NCBI GenBank assembly: GCA_963660905.1
Contig: CAVKZJ010000007.1
Coordinates: 8,953 to 72,952, forward strand
Source of the DNA: a bacterium
GTDB lineage: Bacteria > Bacillota_I > Bacilli_A > RFN20 > CAG-288
Length of the DNA stretch: 64,000 nt
Reading direction: 5' to 3'
Shown: positions 55,373-64,000 of the stretch, in pieces
Layout: the number at the start of each line of letters is the position of its first letter
Position numbering within the stretch: the first letter of the stretch is position 1
Program-made: the position numbers and the translations under genes
Notes under the pieces: model-generated
Databases searched by the model: none
What the model saw: the letters and a program-made list of their open reading frames with translations, nothing else
What the model was told of the DNA's origin: nothing

Positions 55373-57986
55373 AACCTATATTGTCGACGGAAACTCACTC
55401 CTTTTCCGTTCCTACTATTCCACCGCATACACCGGAAATCTGATGCAGACGAAGGAAGGAATTCCCGTCAATGCTATTTTCGCATTCCACAATCTCATCA
55501 AGAAAATCAAGGCTCAGCTCAAGGAGAATGATCACCTTTTCATCTCCTTCGATACCGGAAAACCTACCTTCCGAAAACAGGAATTTGAGGAATACAAAGC
55601 CCAGAGAGCACCTGCTCCCCAGGAGCTTGTCGCACAGATGCCAATCGCCAGAGAAATGCTTGAAAGCATGGATATCTATTGGAAAGAATTGGAAGGATAT
55701 GAAGGAGATGATTTAGCTGGATCCATGGCAAAACATGCCAGCGAAAGAGGAGATATGGTCGTTCTTTTCACATCCGACAAGGACTTTCTTCAATTATTGG
55801 ATCTGTCGGAAAATATCCACATCTGCTTCTTGAGGAAAGGATTGAGTGAAACAATCGATTATACAAAAGCAAATCTCCACGAACTCTTCGGTCTGAACCC
55901 GAACCAGATCACAGATTTCAAGGGAATCGCCGGCGATCCGAGCGACAACTACAAAGGAATCAAGGGCGTCGGTGAAAAGACGACCATGAAACTACTCAAC
56001 GAATATGGAGACTTATCTCATATCCTTGACTACTGCAGAAGCAATCCTTCTTCAAAAGTCTGCCAAAAGATTCTTGCCGGAGAAAAGGAAGCCTGCTTCT
56101 TCAAGAAGCTCGCCACCATCGAAACGACGCTAGATATGAAAAGCGACTACGAAAAATCACTCTACAATCCCTATCACAAGTCCAAGCTCTCGAAGTTCTA
56201 CCATAAATATCAGCTCTCCCAATTCGAAAGAGCCATCGATCGCATGCCCGGCATCGTCGATGACGAGAACGGACAGTTGTCTTTGTTCTCCACGGATGAC
56301 GATTTCATGAAAGAGGATATTCAAAAGAAGAGAGAAATCCTCCAAATTCACCGCTTCGACGAAATCAAGGAAGAGATTCTTTCCATGACCTATGATTCTT
56401 CAAGCGACAACGAAAATACATCAAAACTCTATTCCTTTGTCTTTTCAACAAAGGATAAGACCTATTTCTTGCATAGCGAGGATGCAAAAAAAGACGATTC
56501 CTTCAAAGCCTTCCTCACAAAGGAAAAGAAACTCTCCGTCTATGACTTGAAAGGTCTTTTGGTCCTTCTTCATCGTGAGCAGTTCGAAGCCATACAGGGA
56601 GTGGATTTCGATCTCTTTTTGGCGACCTATCTTCTTGATCCTGACTGCGGACAGAAGAGAGAGGATATCTTCAACAGTTATGAAATCCCTTATGACACAA
56701 AAGAAAATATTTCTTATCAAATCTGTGGGCTTGTTGCCGACATCAGTAAAAATATAAAGGAAAAAATCACAAAAAATGAAGAAAGCAATCTATTGACGAA
56801 TGTCGAAATCCCATTAGCGTGTCTTCTTGCGAGCATGGAAATCGAAGGCTTTCCGATCGACAAAGGAACGCTTGGCCAAATCAATGACGAATATTCCAAA
56901 GTGCTCACTTCCCTCGAAAAGGAAATCTATGAGATCGCCGGAAAGACATTCAACATCAATTCGCCAAAGCAGCTCGAATCAATTCTATTCACAGATTTGC
57001 ATCTTGAAAGAAACAAAGGTGAAAAAGGAACATCCATCGAAGTGCTCAAAGCACATATCCATGAAAGTCCGATCATAGAAAAAATCATCACCTATCGACT
57101 CTATTCCAAACTCGTCAACGGCTATACCACTGCTCTTCCAGAACATATCCAGGAAGACCAGAAGATTCACGCACTCTACAATCAGGCCTTGACTGCAACG
57201 GGAAGACTTTCGATGTCTGAACCAAACCTTCAGAATATAGCCATACGAAACGAAGAAGGAAAAAGCATCCGAAAAGCCTTCTTCTATCCGAATCATGAAT
57301 TCTATCTTCTTTCTTTGGATTATTCGCAGATTGAGCTGAGAATGCTTGCCCACGTTGCCGACATCCATGCCCTCCAGGAAATCTTCAAGGAAGGAAATGA
57401 TATTCATGCTTCGACGGCCAGCCGCGTCTTCCATGTGCCTCTTGAGGAAGTGACGCCTGAGATGAGACGAAAGGCTAAGGCGGTGAATTTTGGAATCGTC
57501 TATGGAATCTCCGCCTATGGACTTGCCAACCAGCTCTCCATCTCCTCAAAGGAAGCCAAGGAATTGATTGAACAATTCAAGACTGCATTCATCGGCATCG
57601 ATGAATTCCAGAAAGACTGTGTCGAAAAGGCTAGACAGAACGGCTATGTGACCACCATCCTCAATCGAAGGCGTTACCTAAAGGACATCAATTCGACAAA
57701 TCACGCCCTAAGAAGTTTTTCCGAACGTGCGGCCACAAATTCCGTCATCCAGGGCAGTGCAGCTGATCTGATGAAGGTTTCCATGATCAAATGTCAGGAA
57801 GTCCTGAAGAACTATAAGACAAAGATTATCCTTCAGATTCACGATGAACTGATTTTCAAGGTTCCAAAAGAAGAACTTGAGGTTGTCACTCCGCTTTTGA
57901 AGTCGACCATGGATCATGCCATGACTTTGTCGGTTCCGCTCGAAGTCGATGGAAACGCCGCCTTCACCTGGTACGAGGCTCACTGA
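55365..57986 (+). CDS. polA: DNA polymerase I
   Basis: 873 aa with a 5'-nuclease domain (YIVDGNSLLFRSYY..., GYEGDDLAG), a central exonuclease-like domain and family-A polymerase motifs (LSLDYSQIELRMLAH, RRKAKAVNFGIVYG, QIHDELIF). It overlaps the dnaE stop by 8 nt. Confidence 0.95.
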   Translation: MNKTYIVDGNSLLFRSYYSTAYTGNLMQTKEGIPVNAIFAFHNLIKKIKAQLKENDHLFISFDTGKPTFRKQEFEEYKAQRAPAPQELVAQMPIAREMLESMDIYWKELEGYEGDDLAGSMAKHASERGDMVVLFTSDKDFLQLLDLSENIHICFLRKGLSETIDYTKANLHELFGLNPNQITDFKGIAGDPSDNYKGIKGVGEKTTMKLLNEYGDLSHILDYCRSNPSSKVCQKILAGEKEACFFKKLATIETTLDMKSDYEKSLYNPYHKSKLSKFYHKYQLSQFERAIDRMPGIVDDENGQLSLFSTDDDFMKEDIQKKREILQIHRFDEIKEEILSMTYDSSSDNENTSKLYSFVFSTKDKTYFLHSEDAKKDDSFKAFLTKEKKLSVYDLKGLLVLLHREQFEAIQGVDFDLFLATYLLDPDCGQKREDIFNSYEIPYDTKENISYQICGLVADISKNIKEKITKNEESNLLTNVEIPLACLLASMEIEGFPIDKGTLGQINDEYSKVLTSLEKEIYEIAGKTFNINSPKQLESILFTDLHLERNKGEKGTSIEVLKAHIHESPIIEKIITYRLYSKLVNGYTTALPEHIQEDQKIHALYNQALTATGRLSMSEPNLQNIAIRNEEGKSIRKAFFYPNHEFYLLSLDYSQIELRMLAHVADIHALQEIFKEGNDIHASTASRVFHVPLEEVTPEMRRKAKAVNFGIVYGISAYGLANQLSISSKEAKELIEQFKTAFIGIDEFQKDCVEKARQNGYVTTILNRRRYLKDINSTNHALRSFSERAATNSVIQGSAADLMKVSMIKCQEVLKNYKTKIILQIHDELIFKVPKEELEVVTPLLKSTMDHAMTLSVPLEVDGNAAFTWYEAH

Positions 57987-57987
57987 T

Positions 57988-59352
57988 ATGCCTGAATTGC
58001 CCGAAGTCGAAACCATCAAGCGCATTCTTGAGAAAGAACTCATCGGAAAAGTCTTTTCCGCCCCAGTTCTCTATGTGGAAAAAGCCCTTCAGACCAAAAA
58101 AGAGGACTTTTCTTCCCTGAAAGGAAAACAGATCCTTTCTCTATCAAGGGAAGGAAAATATCTTCTGATTCATTTGAGTGAAGAAAGATATCTTCTTTTC
58201 CATCTTCGGATGGAAGGAAAACTCTACATCGTAAAAAAAGAAACAAAAAATGAAAAGCACCTCTCTGCCTTTTTTCCTTTCGAAAACGAGGAGTATGGTC
58301 TTGCCTTTTATGACACAAGAAAATTCGGCATCATCGAATATCTCCATGAAGGCGAAAAAGAACCCCTAAGTCATCTTGGAAAAGAGCCTTTTGACATTCA
58401 TCTGGATGAACTCTATGAAAAGTACAGCCATTCTCATAAACTTATTAAAGAATTGCTTCTTGATCAAAATATCATGTCTGGCATAGGAAATATCTATGCT
58501 AATGAAATCCTTTTTGATGCAAAGATATCTCCCTTCCTTCCCGGATGTTCCTTAACCTTAGACCAATGCAAAGACCTTTTGAACTCTTCAAGAAAGATTC
58601 TTGCCCTTGCCATCGAAAACAACGGGTCGACCATAAGAAGCTATCATGCAAAGGAAAACCAGTCCGGTTCCTTCCAGAACCTTCTCAAAGTCTATTCCAG
58701 AAGAGGACGGCCTTGTAAAGTCTGTCATCATAAGATTGAAAAAAGAAAAGTCGGGGGACGAGGAACGGAATATTGTCCCTATTGCCAGAAAACCGGACTG
58801 GATGTTGCCCTAACAGGGAAAATAGCCAGCGGAAAATCACTCGCCGCATCCTATTTCAGGGAGGAAGGATTTCTCTCTTTCTCAGCCGATGAAGAAATCC
58901 ATAAGATGTACCAGGACAAGGCATTTCTAAGGAGTCTAAAACATCTTTTTCCAGCTTTGTTCACACCGACGCTCGACAAAAAAGTCATCACAGAAAAGCT
59001 AAAAAGCGACAAGATCTTCAAGAAGAAATATCTTACCTTCCTCTATAAAAGACTTCGTGAGAAAATCAATGACTTCACCATCCAGAATAATGGAAAAAAT
59101 AAAATCTTTGAGATGCCGGTTCTCTTTGACGCCAAAATGGAGGACCTATTCCCAATCATCGTCGGTGTCGAAACCAAAAAGCAAAAAGAACATCTCCTTG
59201 AGAGAGGCGATGATCCAAGCCGTGTCTTCTTCAACAATCTGAATTCCTATGATGAGCATAAAGACCAGCTCGATTACATTCTTCATACCGACGGAGAAAA
59301 AAGTGAACTCAAAAAACAGGTTCGTGACATCATAAAGAAAATCACAAAGTAA
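57988..59352 (+). CDS. In-frame fusion: formamidopyrimidine-DNA glycosylase (Fpg/MutM) plus dephospho-CoA kinase (CoaE)
   Basis: The N-terminal ~270 aa begin MPELPEVETIKR, include LLDQNIMSGIGNIYANEILF, and end with the zinc finger CKVCHHKIEKRKVGGRGTEYCPYCQ. The frame continues without a stop (KTGLDVALTGKIASGKSL...) into a ~180-aa CoaE-like domain with an intact P-loop. It starts 1 nt after the polA stop. Confidence 0.85.
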   Translation: MPELPEVETIKRILEKELIGKVFSAPVLYVEKALQTKKEDFSSLKGKQILSLSREGKYLLIHLSEERYLLFHLRMEGKLYIVKKETKNEKHLSAFFPFENEEYGLAFYDTRKFGIIEYLHEGEKEPLSHLGKEPFDIHLDELYEKYSHSHKLIKELLLDQNIMSGIGNIYANEILFDAKISPFLPGCSLTLDQCKDLLNSSRKILALAIENNGSTIRSYHAKENQSGSFQNLLKVYSRRGRPCKVCHHKIEKRKVGGRGTEYCPYCQKTGLDVALTGKIASGKSLAASYFREEGFLSFSADEEIHKMYQDKAFLRSLKHLFPALFTPTLDKKVITEKLKSDKIFKKKYLTFLYKRLREKINDFTIQNNGKNKIFEMPVLFDAKMEDLFPIIVGVETKKQKEHLLERGDDPSRVFFNNLNSYDEHKDQLDYILHTDGEKSELKKQVRDIIKKITK

Positions 59353-60630
59353 TTATTTCGAATGATAGATATCCTTGTTGACGATATAGGGGTTCTCGAT
59401 ATGGGCTTTCCTGGCGATTCTTCTTAACTGCCGATTCTCCTTCTTTGAGGAATAGTAGGTGCGATGAAGCATCTTGTCTTCCTTATCTCTTTGGATTTCC
59501 AGTTCCATCATCTGGGAAAGTTCCTCAGCTTTATCTTTTACGGCAAATCCTTTTGAGAACTCGATATATTTTGGAGAGAGCATTGCTTTATATTCCGGAT
59601 TTTCAATAAAAAACTCAATGCGCTCACATAAGGATTTTGCATCGCCTGCCTCAAAAAGGCAATGTTCATCCAACGAAAAGAAACGGGTTGCCGTATAAGG
59701 CGAATTCGAAATGACGGGAACCGCCCCGCAGCTGAATGCCTCAATGCAGGCAATGGCTTCGCTTTCCACATCCGAAGAATGCACATACAAGTCAGTCCAG
59801 TTGAGAATTTCCCTAAGTTCTTCCTGGCTGACGAATTTGATCTGCAAAGGGTTCTTCAGATGTTTCTTTCCCATCAGGAGATACATTTTCTCCTTCGGTC
59901 CTTTTCCGCAGAGAATCAGCTGAATGCGGCTATTGTATCTGCTTTTGCCAATCGCCTTGATGAGAAGATCCTGTCTTTTCTCTCCAGAGAGTCTTCCAAC
60001 CATGACGATGACATATTTATCCTGATATTCTTTCGGTTTTTTTGTTTCGATGACATGCATGAAAGGACTCACGCCATTGGATATGGCATGAATATCCCCC
60101 CTGTAATGATGGTCGAGCATTTCCTTCTTCATGGTTAGACTTGGGGTATGGATGGTGCGAATATAACGGTAGAGCCATTTGCGGAATAAAGAATAGACAA
60201 AGGCATTCACTCCTTTGGCCTTTCCCAAATGAATGGTATAGGTGATATTCTCCGGCTGAAGATGATAGGCCCCAGTCACGGGAATCGACATGACTTTCGC
60301 AACCTTGCGGACCATGTTCTCAAGCGGAAAAGGGAACATCAGATGAACGACATCGCTTCCTTTGATGAAGGAAGCAATCTCAGATGGCGTCGTCTTGCCG
60401 AAGGTGAATCCCTGGGATTCGATCAGCCATTCAAAGCCATAGACCACCGCCTTCTTGCAACGCAAAAGCTTCACTCCGTGAAGAGATTCTTCTTTGACAT
60501 CATCTGGAACATACGCAATGACCCTCACCTCATGGCCGAGCGCCATCAGATTTTCCGCGGTTCGCATCGCTGTCACGGTCGTGCCATTATTTTTCACGCC
60601 ATAAAGATCAACAACCAACGTAATAACCAT
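59353..60630 (-). CDS. Glycosyltransferase family 4 (GT-B; possibly a glycolipid/diacylglycerol glycosyltransferase)
   Basis: 425 aa with an N-terminal GT4 sugar-acceptor domain (NNGTTVTAMRTAENLMALGHEVRVIAY) and a C-terminal GT1 block (VGRLSGEKRQDLLIKA...ESEAIACIEAFSCGAVPV). The glycolipid role is only suggested by family resemblance. Confidence 0.7.
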   Translation of the reverse strand: MVITLVVDLYGVKNNGTTVTAMRTAENLMALGHEVRVIAYVPDDVKEESLHGVKLLRCKKAVVYGFEWLIESQGFTFGKTTPSEIASFIKGSDVVHLMFPFPLENMVRKVAKVMSIPVTGAYHLQPENITYTIHLGKAKGVNAFVYSLFRKWLYRYIRTIHTPSLTMKKEMLDHHYRGDIHAISNGVSPFMHVIETKKPKEYQDKYVIVMVGRLSGEKRQDLLIKAIGKSRYNSRIQLILCGKGPKEKMYLLMGKKHLKNPLQIKFVSQEELREILNWTDLYVHSSDVESEAIACIEAFSCGAVPVISNSPYTATRFFSLDEHCLFEAGDAKSLCERIEFFIENPEYKAMLSPKYIEFSKGFAVKDKAEELSQMMELEIQRDKEDKMLHRTYYSSKKENRQLRRIARKAHIENPYIVNKDIYHSK

Positions 60631-60633
60631 ATC

Positions 60634-61290
60634 TCATTCTTCTTTCTTTGATAGCCACAACGGCTTGATTTCAAAACTCGTCTTCTTCAATGGGAGAGAA
60701 GAAGGCAATTTCAGTGAATATTCATTCAAAAGCATCTTTTTTGCTTCATCATGGGCATATTTTTGATCACCGATCAGAGTGTAATGCAAGGAAACCAAGG
60801 CAAGGCGGATTTGATTCTGTCTCCCCGTTTCAATCTGTATATCCAAGGCCGTACCGATATCGAGATGATTGCTTGTCTTGACGATCGTGATGGCATCCAA
60901 GCCCTTCTTTGGATCATCCGTGACAAAAACACGGCCGCTTCTTTTATCAAAGAAAAGATACTGAACCACTTTTCGAGAAAATCCCAAAGGAAGTTTTTCC
61001 CGGACGACCGCCTCATATTTTCTTTCCACTGCACGGTCTTCAAAGGCTTTCTGTATTTTCTCCTTCAGTTCATAGGATTTCGCAAAAAGGACAATCCCTG
61101 ACGTATCTTTGTCCAAGCGATGGACAATATAGATTTTCTGTCTATGGAGATTGCAGTATTCACGGACATAATGATAGAGATTATGCTCCTTGTCCTTATC
61201 TGTCCCGATGGTAAGCAGCCCGGATTTCTTTTTGACGGCGATGATATCCTTATCCTGATAAAGGATTTCAAATGGAAGTGTTTTTTTCAT
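60634..61290 (-). CDS. RluA-family pseudouridine synthase
   Basis: ILYQDKDIIAVKKKSGLLT...IYIVHRLDKDTSGIVLFAKS (catalytic HRLD motif)...GRQNQIRLAL. Confidence 0.85.
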   Translation of the reverse strand: MKKTLPFEILYQDKDIIAVKKKSGLLTIGTDKDKEHNLYHYVREYCNLHRQKIYIVHRLDKDTSGIVLFAKSYELKEKIQKAFEDRAVERKYEAVVREKLPLGFSRKVVQYLFFDKRSGRVFVTDDPKKGLDAITIVKTSNHLDIGTALDIQIETGRQNQIRLALVSLHYTLIGDQKYAHDEAKKMLLNEYSLKLPSSLPLKKTSFEIKPLWLSKKEE

Positions 61291-61425
61291 AGCCTAAGTA
61301 TTCTAATTTAGTTTTCTTCAATAGTAAAATGTTATCTTCCGAAACAATTCATCCCGAGACACTTTTTTTACATAGAAAAAAGAGAGAATCTCATTTATAA
61401 TAGTTTTCGTTTGGAGGTCATAATT

Positions 61426-61938
61426 ATGGATTGGTGGATCTATGTTGTCGTCTTCGGTGGTTTGATTCTTGTTTATCTTTGCTCCGCATGGATCATACAT
61501 ATGCTGATGAAGAATGCCCAAAAGAAAGCTTATGCCCTTTTCGAGCAGATCATCCCCAAGGAAAAAGAGAGATATGAAGTGATCCTCAAGGCAAAAAAGA
61601 CCATGGAAGAGGATGGTCGATTCCTTCCGAAGAATATGGTTGAATCGACGATGGAAGTCGAAAAGGAATTCGAAAAGATTCCTGTCGACCTAGCCAAAGT
61701 CAAAGGCATGAACGATTTTCTCATCATCTATTATTGCAAATACATCAAAGAGAAGAAACTTTTAGGAAAATATGCTTCAATCGATCAGGAACTGAATGCC
61801 AATCTTTACACGGATTCCAATGATCGACATTCTCCCTACTATGCCTACAATAAAGCAGTCCTTAAATACAATTCCTATCTGAACATGGGTTTCTTAAATC
61901 CATTCAAGGGAAATGCACAAAGATATCCGACTCTCTGA
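61426..61938 (+). CDS. Hypothetical N-terminally anchored membrane protein (distantly LemA-like)
   Basis: ATG at 61426 lies 8 nt after GGAGG. One TM helix (WWIYVVVFGGLILVYLCSAWIIHML). The C-terminal YYAYNKAVLKYNSYLNMGFLNPF loosely resembles the LemA YN-x-x-V-x-x-YN motif. Confidence 0.4.
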   Translation: MDWWIYVVVFGGLILVYLCSAWIIHMLMKNAQKKAYALFEQIIPKEKERYEVILKAKKTMEEDGRFLPKNMVESTMEVEKEFEKIPVDLAKVKGMNDFLIIYYCKYIKEKKLLGKYASIDQELNANLYTDSNDRHSPYYAYNKAVLKYNSYLNMGFLNPFKGNAQRYPTL

Positions 61939-61953
61939 TTTTCTGAAAAAGAC

Positions 61954-62000
61954 AAAAAGAGGCATCAAAGACCATAGGGTCTTCTTGCCTCTTTTCTTAT
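61954..62000. terminator. Bidirectional terminator between the LemA-like gene and pepF
   Basis: aaaagaggca (61955-61964) pairs with tgcctctttt (61986-61995), with an inner aagacc/ggtctt helix and A/T runs on both sides. Confidence 0.75.
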
Positions 62001-62004
62001 TGGC

Positions 62005-63735
62005 CTAACAATCGATGGCAGATAAATCGAAGGTCGAGAGATAGTCAAAGATTTCCTTGGAGACGTCCTTCAAGGTGTCACCGTCGAATGGATTGCGAAT
62101 CGACGCCTTCTTGAGAAGCTCGCGGAAAGGATATTGTCCTCCCAAGCGATCAAAGGCGATATATTTCTCAAAAGCCTTCTTGAAGTCTTCTCTCGACTCC
62201 ACGAAGAATTCAAGAGACACGACCTGCGCGATAGTGTAGTCAAGATAATAAAGTGGATTTTCAAAGATGTGAGCCTGTCGTTCCCAGAAACCACCTGAAG
62301 AAAGGAAATCGCTGTCCTTGTATTCACGATAGGGAAGATATTCCAGTTCGATTTTTCTCCAATAGGCTTTTCTTTCCTGATGGCTCCACTGTGGGTTCTC
62401 ATAACATCGCGTCTGGAAATCATCGACAATGCATCCATAAGGAATGAATGTGATGGCTTCGCAAAGATGCTGATAAAGATATTTCTGTGTGTCTTCCTTG
62501 AAGAAAAGATGCATCCAGGGATAGGTGAGGAATTCCATCGACATGGAGTGCATTTCAGCACATTCCATGCCTGGTGTTCGATAAGCAGGAACAGAGGTTG
62601 TCTCTGCGCCGAGGAATCCCTGCAAGGCATGACCGAATTCATGAGTCAAGACATCGACATCCCCACTCGTTCCATTGAAATTGGAAAATATGATGGAAGT
62701 CTTCAATCCAGGAATATAGTCCATATATCCTCCACCTGCTTTATTCTTCTTTGCAAGAACATCCATGCATCCATGGTCAATCATGAAATTGAAATATCTG
62801 CTCGCAAGAGGAGAGAGTTCCTGATACATCTTTTTTGCATTGTCAATCAGATCATCAGCGCTTCCCTTCGGTGTCGGATTTCCTGTCTTATAGAAGATGT
62901 TGTAATCTGCGCTTCTTGTATCTTCCTTATAGCCTAAGCGTTCCTTCTGCTGTTTTCTTATCTCATTGGAAAGGGGAACAATGTATTCCAAGATCTTCTT
63001 TCGATATTCTTCGGCATCCTTAGGAAACCAATCCAGTCTTCCCATTCTGTCATAGCCGAGCTGAACAAAATTCTCATAGCCCAATTTCTTTGCGATTCTT
63101 GTTCTCGTCTGAATCATCGAAGAATAGATAGCGCCGATCTTTTCATCATTTTCCTTATAGAAATCCATGGCCTTCTTCGAAGCGGCAATTCTTGTCTCGC
63201 GGTCAAGAGAGGTCGTGAATTTTCCCATCTGCGAAAGAGAGTAGACATTGCCCTCAAATTCAATCTGGGCGGAAGAAGTCAGACGGACATATTCGGAAAC
63301 TTCCTTATTCTCTTCGACCAAATCCGGAATGATTTCCTTGGAGAAGGTCTTCAGGGAAAGTTCGATCTGACGGAAATAAAGCGTTCCGAATTCCTCTTCG
63401 AGCGCTTTTCGATATTTGCTCGAATAGATATTCTGATTCACCTTGTTGATGCTCTCTTCAATCAAAGGAAGAATTTCATCGAGAAGGTCCTGTAGGGAAG
63501 AATATCTTTCATCCGCTGTATTGATCGTGTGATGAAAATTCACAAGGGAGATGATTGTCGAAAGGTCATCCTGTTTCTCGAAAAAGCATTTTACTCCTTC
63601 GATGGCTTCTTTTGGCGAGGAAGCAGATGTGATTTTCTCATCGACAAGAGCAAATTCCTTGATGATGTCATCTTTATCCGGCGTCTGAATTTCCACATCC
63701 TTCAGTTTGTCAAATTTCCCATTGAAATGCTGCAT
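62005..63735 (-). CDS. pepF: M3-family oligoendopeptidase (PepF type)
   Basis: 576 aa with the zinc motif LTHEFGHALQG and a downstream E (GMECAEMHS), and PepF-like length and layout. Confidence 0.85.
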   Translation of the reverse strand: MQHFNGKFDKLKDVEIQTPDKDDIIKEFALVDEKITSASSPKEAIEGVKCFFEKQDDLSTIISLVNFHHTINTADERYSSLQDLLDEILPLIEESINKVNQNIYSSKYRKALEEEFGTLYFRQIELSLKTFSKEIIPDLVEENKEVSEYVRLTSSAQIEFEGNVYSLSQMGKFTTSLDRETRIAASKKAMDFYKENDEKIGAIYSSMIQTRTRIAKKLGYENFVQLGYDRMGRLDWFPKDAEEYRKKILEYIVPLSNEIRKQQKERLGYKEDTRSADYNIFYKTGNPTPKGSADDLIDNAKKMYQELSPLASRYFNFMIDHGCMDVLAKKNKAGGGYMDYIPGLKTSIIFSNFNGTSGDVDVLTHEFGHALQGFLGAETTSVPAYRTPGMECAEMHSMSMEFLTYPWMHLFFKEDTQKYLYQHLCEAITFIPYGCIVDDFQTRCYENPQWSHQERKAYWRKIELEYLPYREYKDSDFLSSGGFWERQAHIFENPLYYLDYTIAQVVSLEFFVESREDFKKAFEKYIAFDRLGGQYPFRELLKKASIRNPFDGDTLKDVSKEIFDYLSTFDLSAIDC

Positions 63736-63738
63736 TTC

Positions 63739-64000
63739 TCATTCTCCTTTCATCGCCTTCTTCAGGTCTGTCTTCGTCACATGATAGATCTTTGTGAACT
63801 TCTCCGTCAGATAATCGACATAGGCCTTGGCGGAGAATTCCTCTCCAGTGAGAGCCTTGATCCAATCCTTGGTATCCAAAAGTGGGGCTTTGGCAAATAC
63901 ATTTTCTCTCAGCCAAGAGAGAACGACGTCCATCTTTCCTGCCTTGACGGTCTTGGCAAAGCCGATGGCTTCATCCATCTTTTTGAAATACATGACGTTC
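63739..64000 (-). CDS. M32 (Taq-type) carboxypeptidase, C-terminal fragment; the gene continues beyond the window end
   Basis: ...VVLSWLRENVFAKAPLLDTKDWIKALTGEEFSAKAYVDYLTEKFTKIY resembles the C-terminal end of M32 carboxypeptidases. The frame is open to base 64000. Confidence 0.6.
   Translation of the reverse strand, partial: NVMYFKKMDEAIGFAKTVKAGKMDVVLSWLRENVFAKAPLLDTKDWIKALTGEEFSAKAYVDYLTEKFTKIYHVTKTDLKKAMKGE

Noticed and set aside
1-64000. CRISPR arrays, rRNA genes, IS elements/transposases, prophage genes
   Set aside because: I saw no regularly spaced direct repeats, no rRNA-like sequence and no transposase, integrase or phage-structural ORFs in any frame.

Overview
This window looks like a chromosomal segment of a low-GC Gram-positive (Bacillota-type) anaerobe, about 40-45% GC by eye. 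Most of it is housekeeping DNA, and several gene orders match Bacillus-like synteny blocks: infC-rpmI-rplT behind a long leader, thiI-nifS-like-ezrA-ccpA-like, rlmB next to a sigH-like gene, and polA-fpg-coaE. Other content: a rubrerythrin; a heterodimeric ABC exporter pair; a complete recC-recB-recD operon; an HAD phosphatase followed by two tandem mgtE paralogs; tRNA-Arg(UCG) followed by a small SymE-like ORF; a beta-glucan/cellodextrin locus; a candidate M-box riboswitch in front of an mgtA-type P-type ATPase; dnaE-polA-fpg::coaE as a tightly packed operon; and glycosyltransferases, a pseudouridine synthase, a PepF-type M3 peptidase and a truncated M32 carboxypeptidase. The beta-glucan locus has a lipoprotein binding protein, a GH94 cellobiose phosphorylase, an ABC ATPase, two permeases, a LacI regulator and a second, larger GH94 phosphorylase. 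I found no CRISPR array, transposase, integrase, rRNA or obvious prophage. Nothing here is convincingly a new multi-gene system. The most unusual items are: (i) a 1499-aa single-pass membrane protein with an HPD-less J-like segment, three 44-aa Cys-containing repeats, Listeria-Bacteroides repeats and a DUF6273-like end; (ii) an in-frame Fpg-CoaE fusion; (iii) a recurring 14-bp palindromic operator placed just downstream of the -10 of three promoters in the GH94 locus; (iv) RecBCD in an otherwise AddAB-type lineage; (v) an orphan SymE-like ORF beside a tRNA. All calls rest on reading the sequence and ORF translations and on remembered family motifs. No database search was run.
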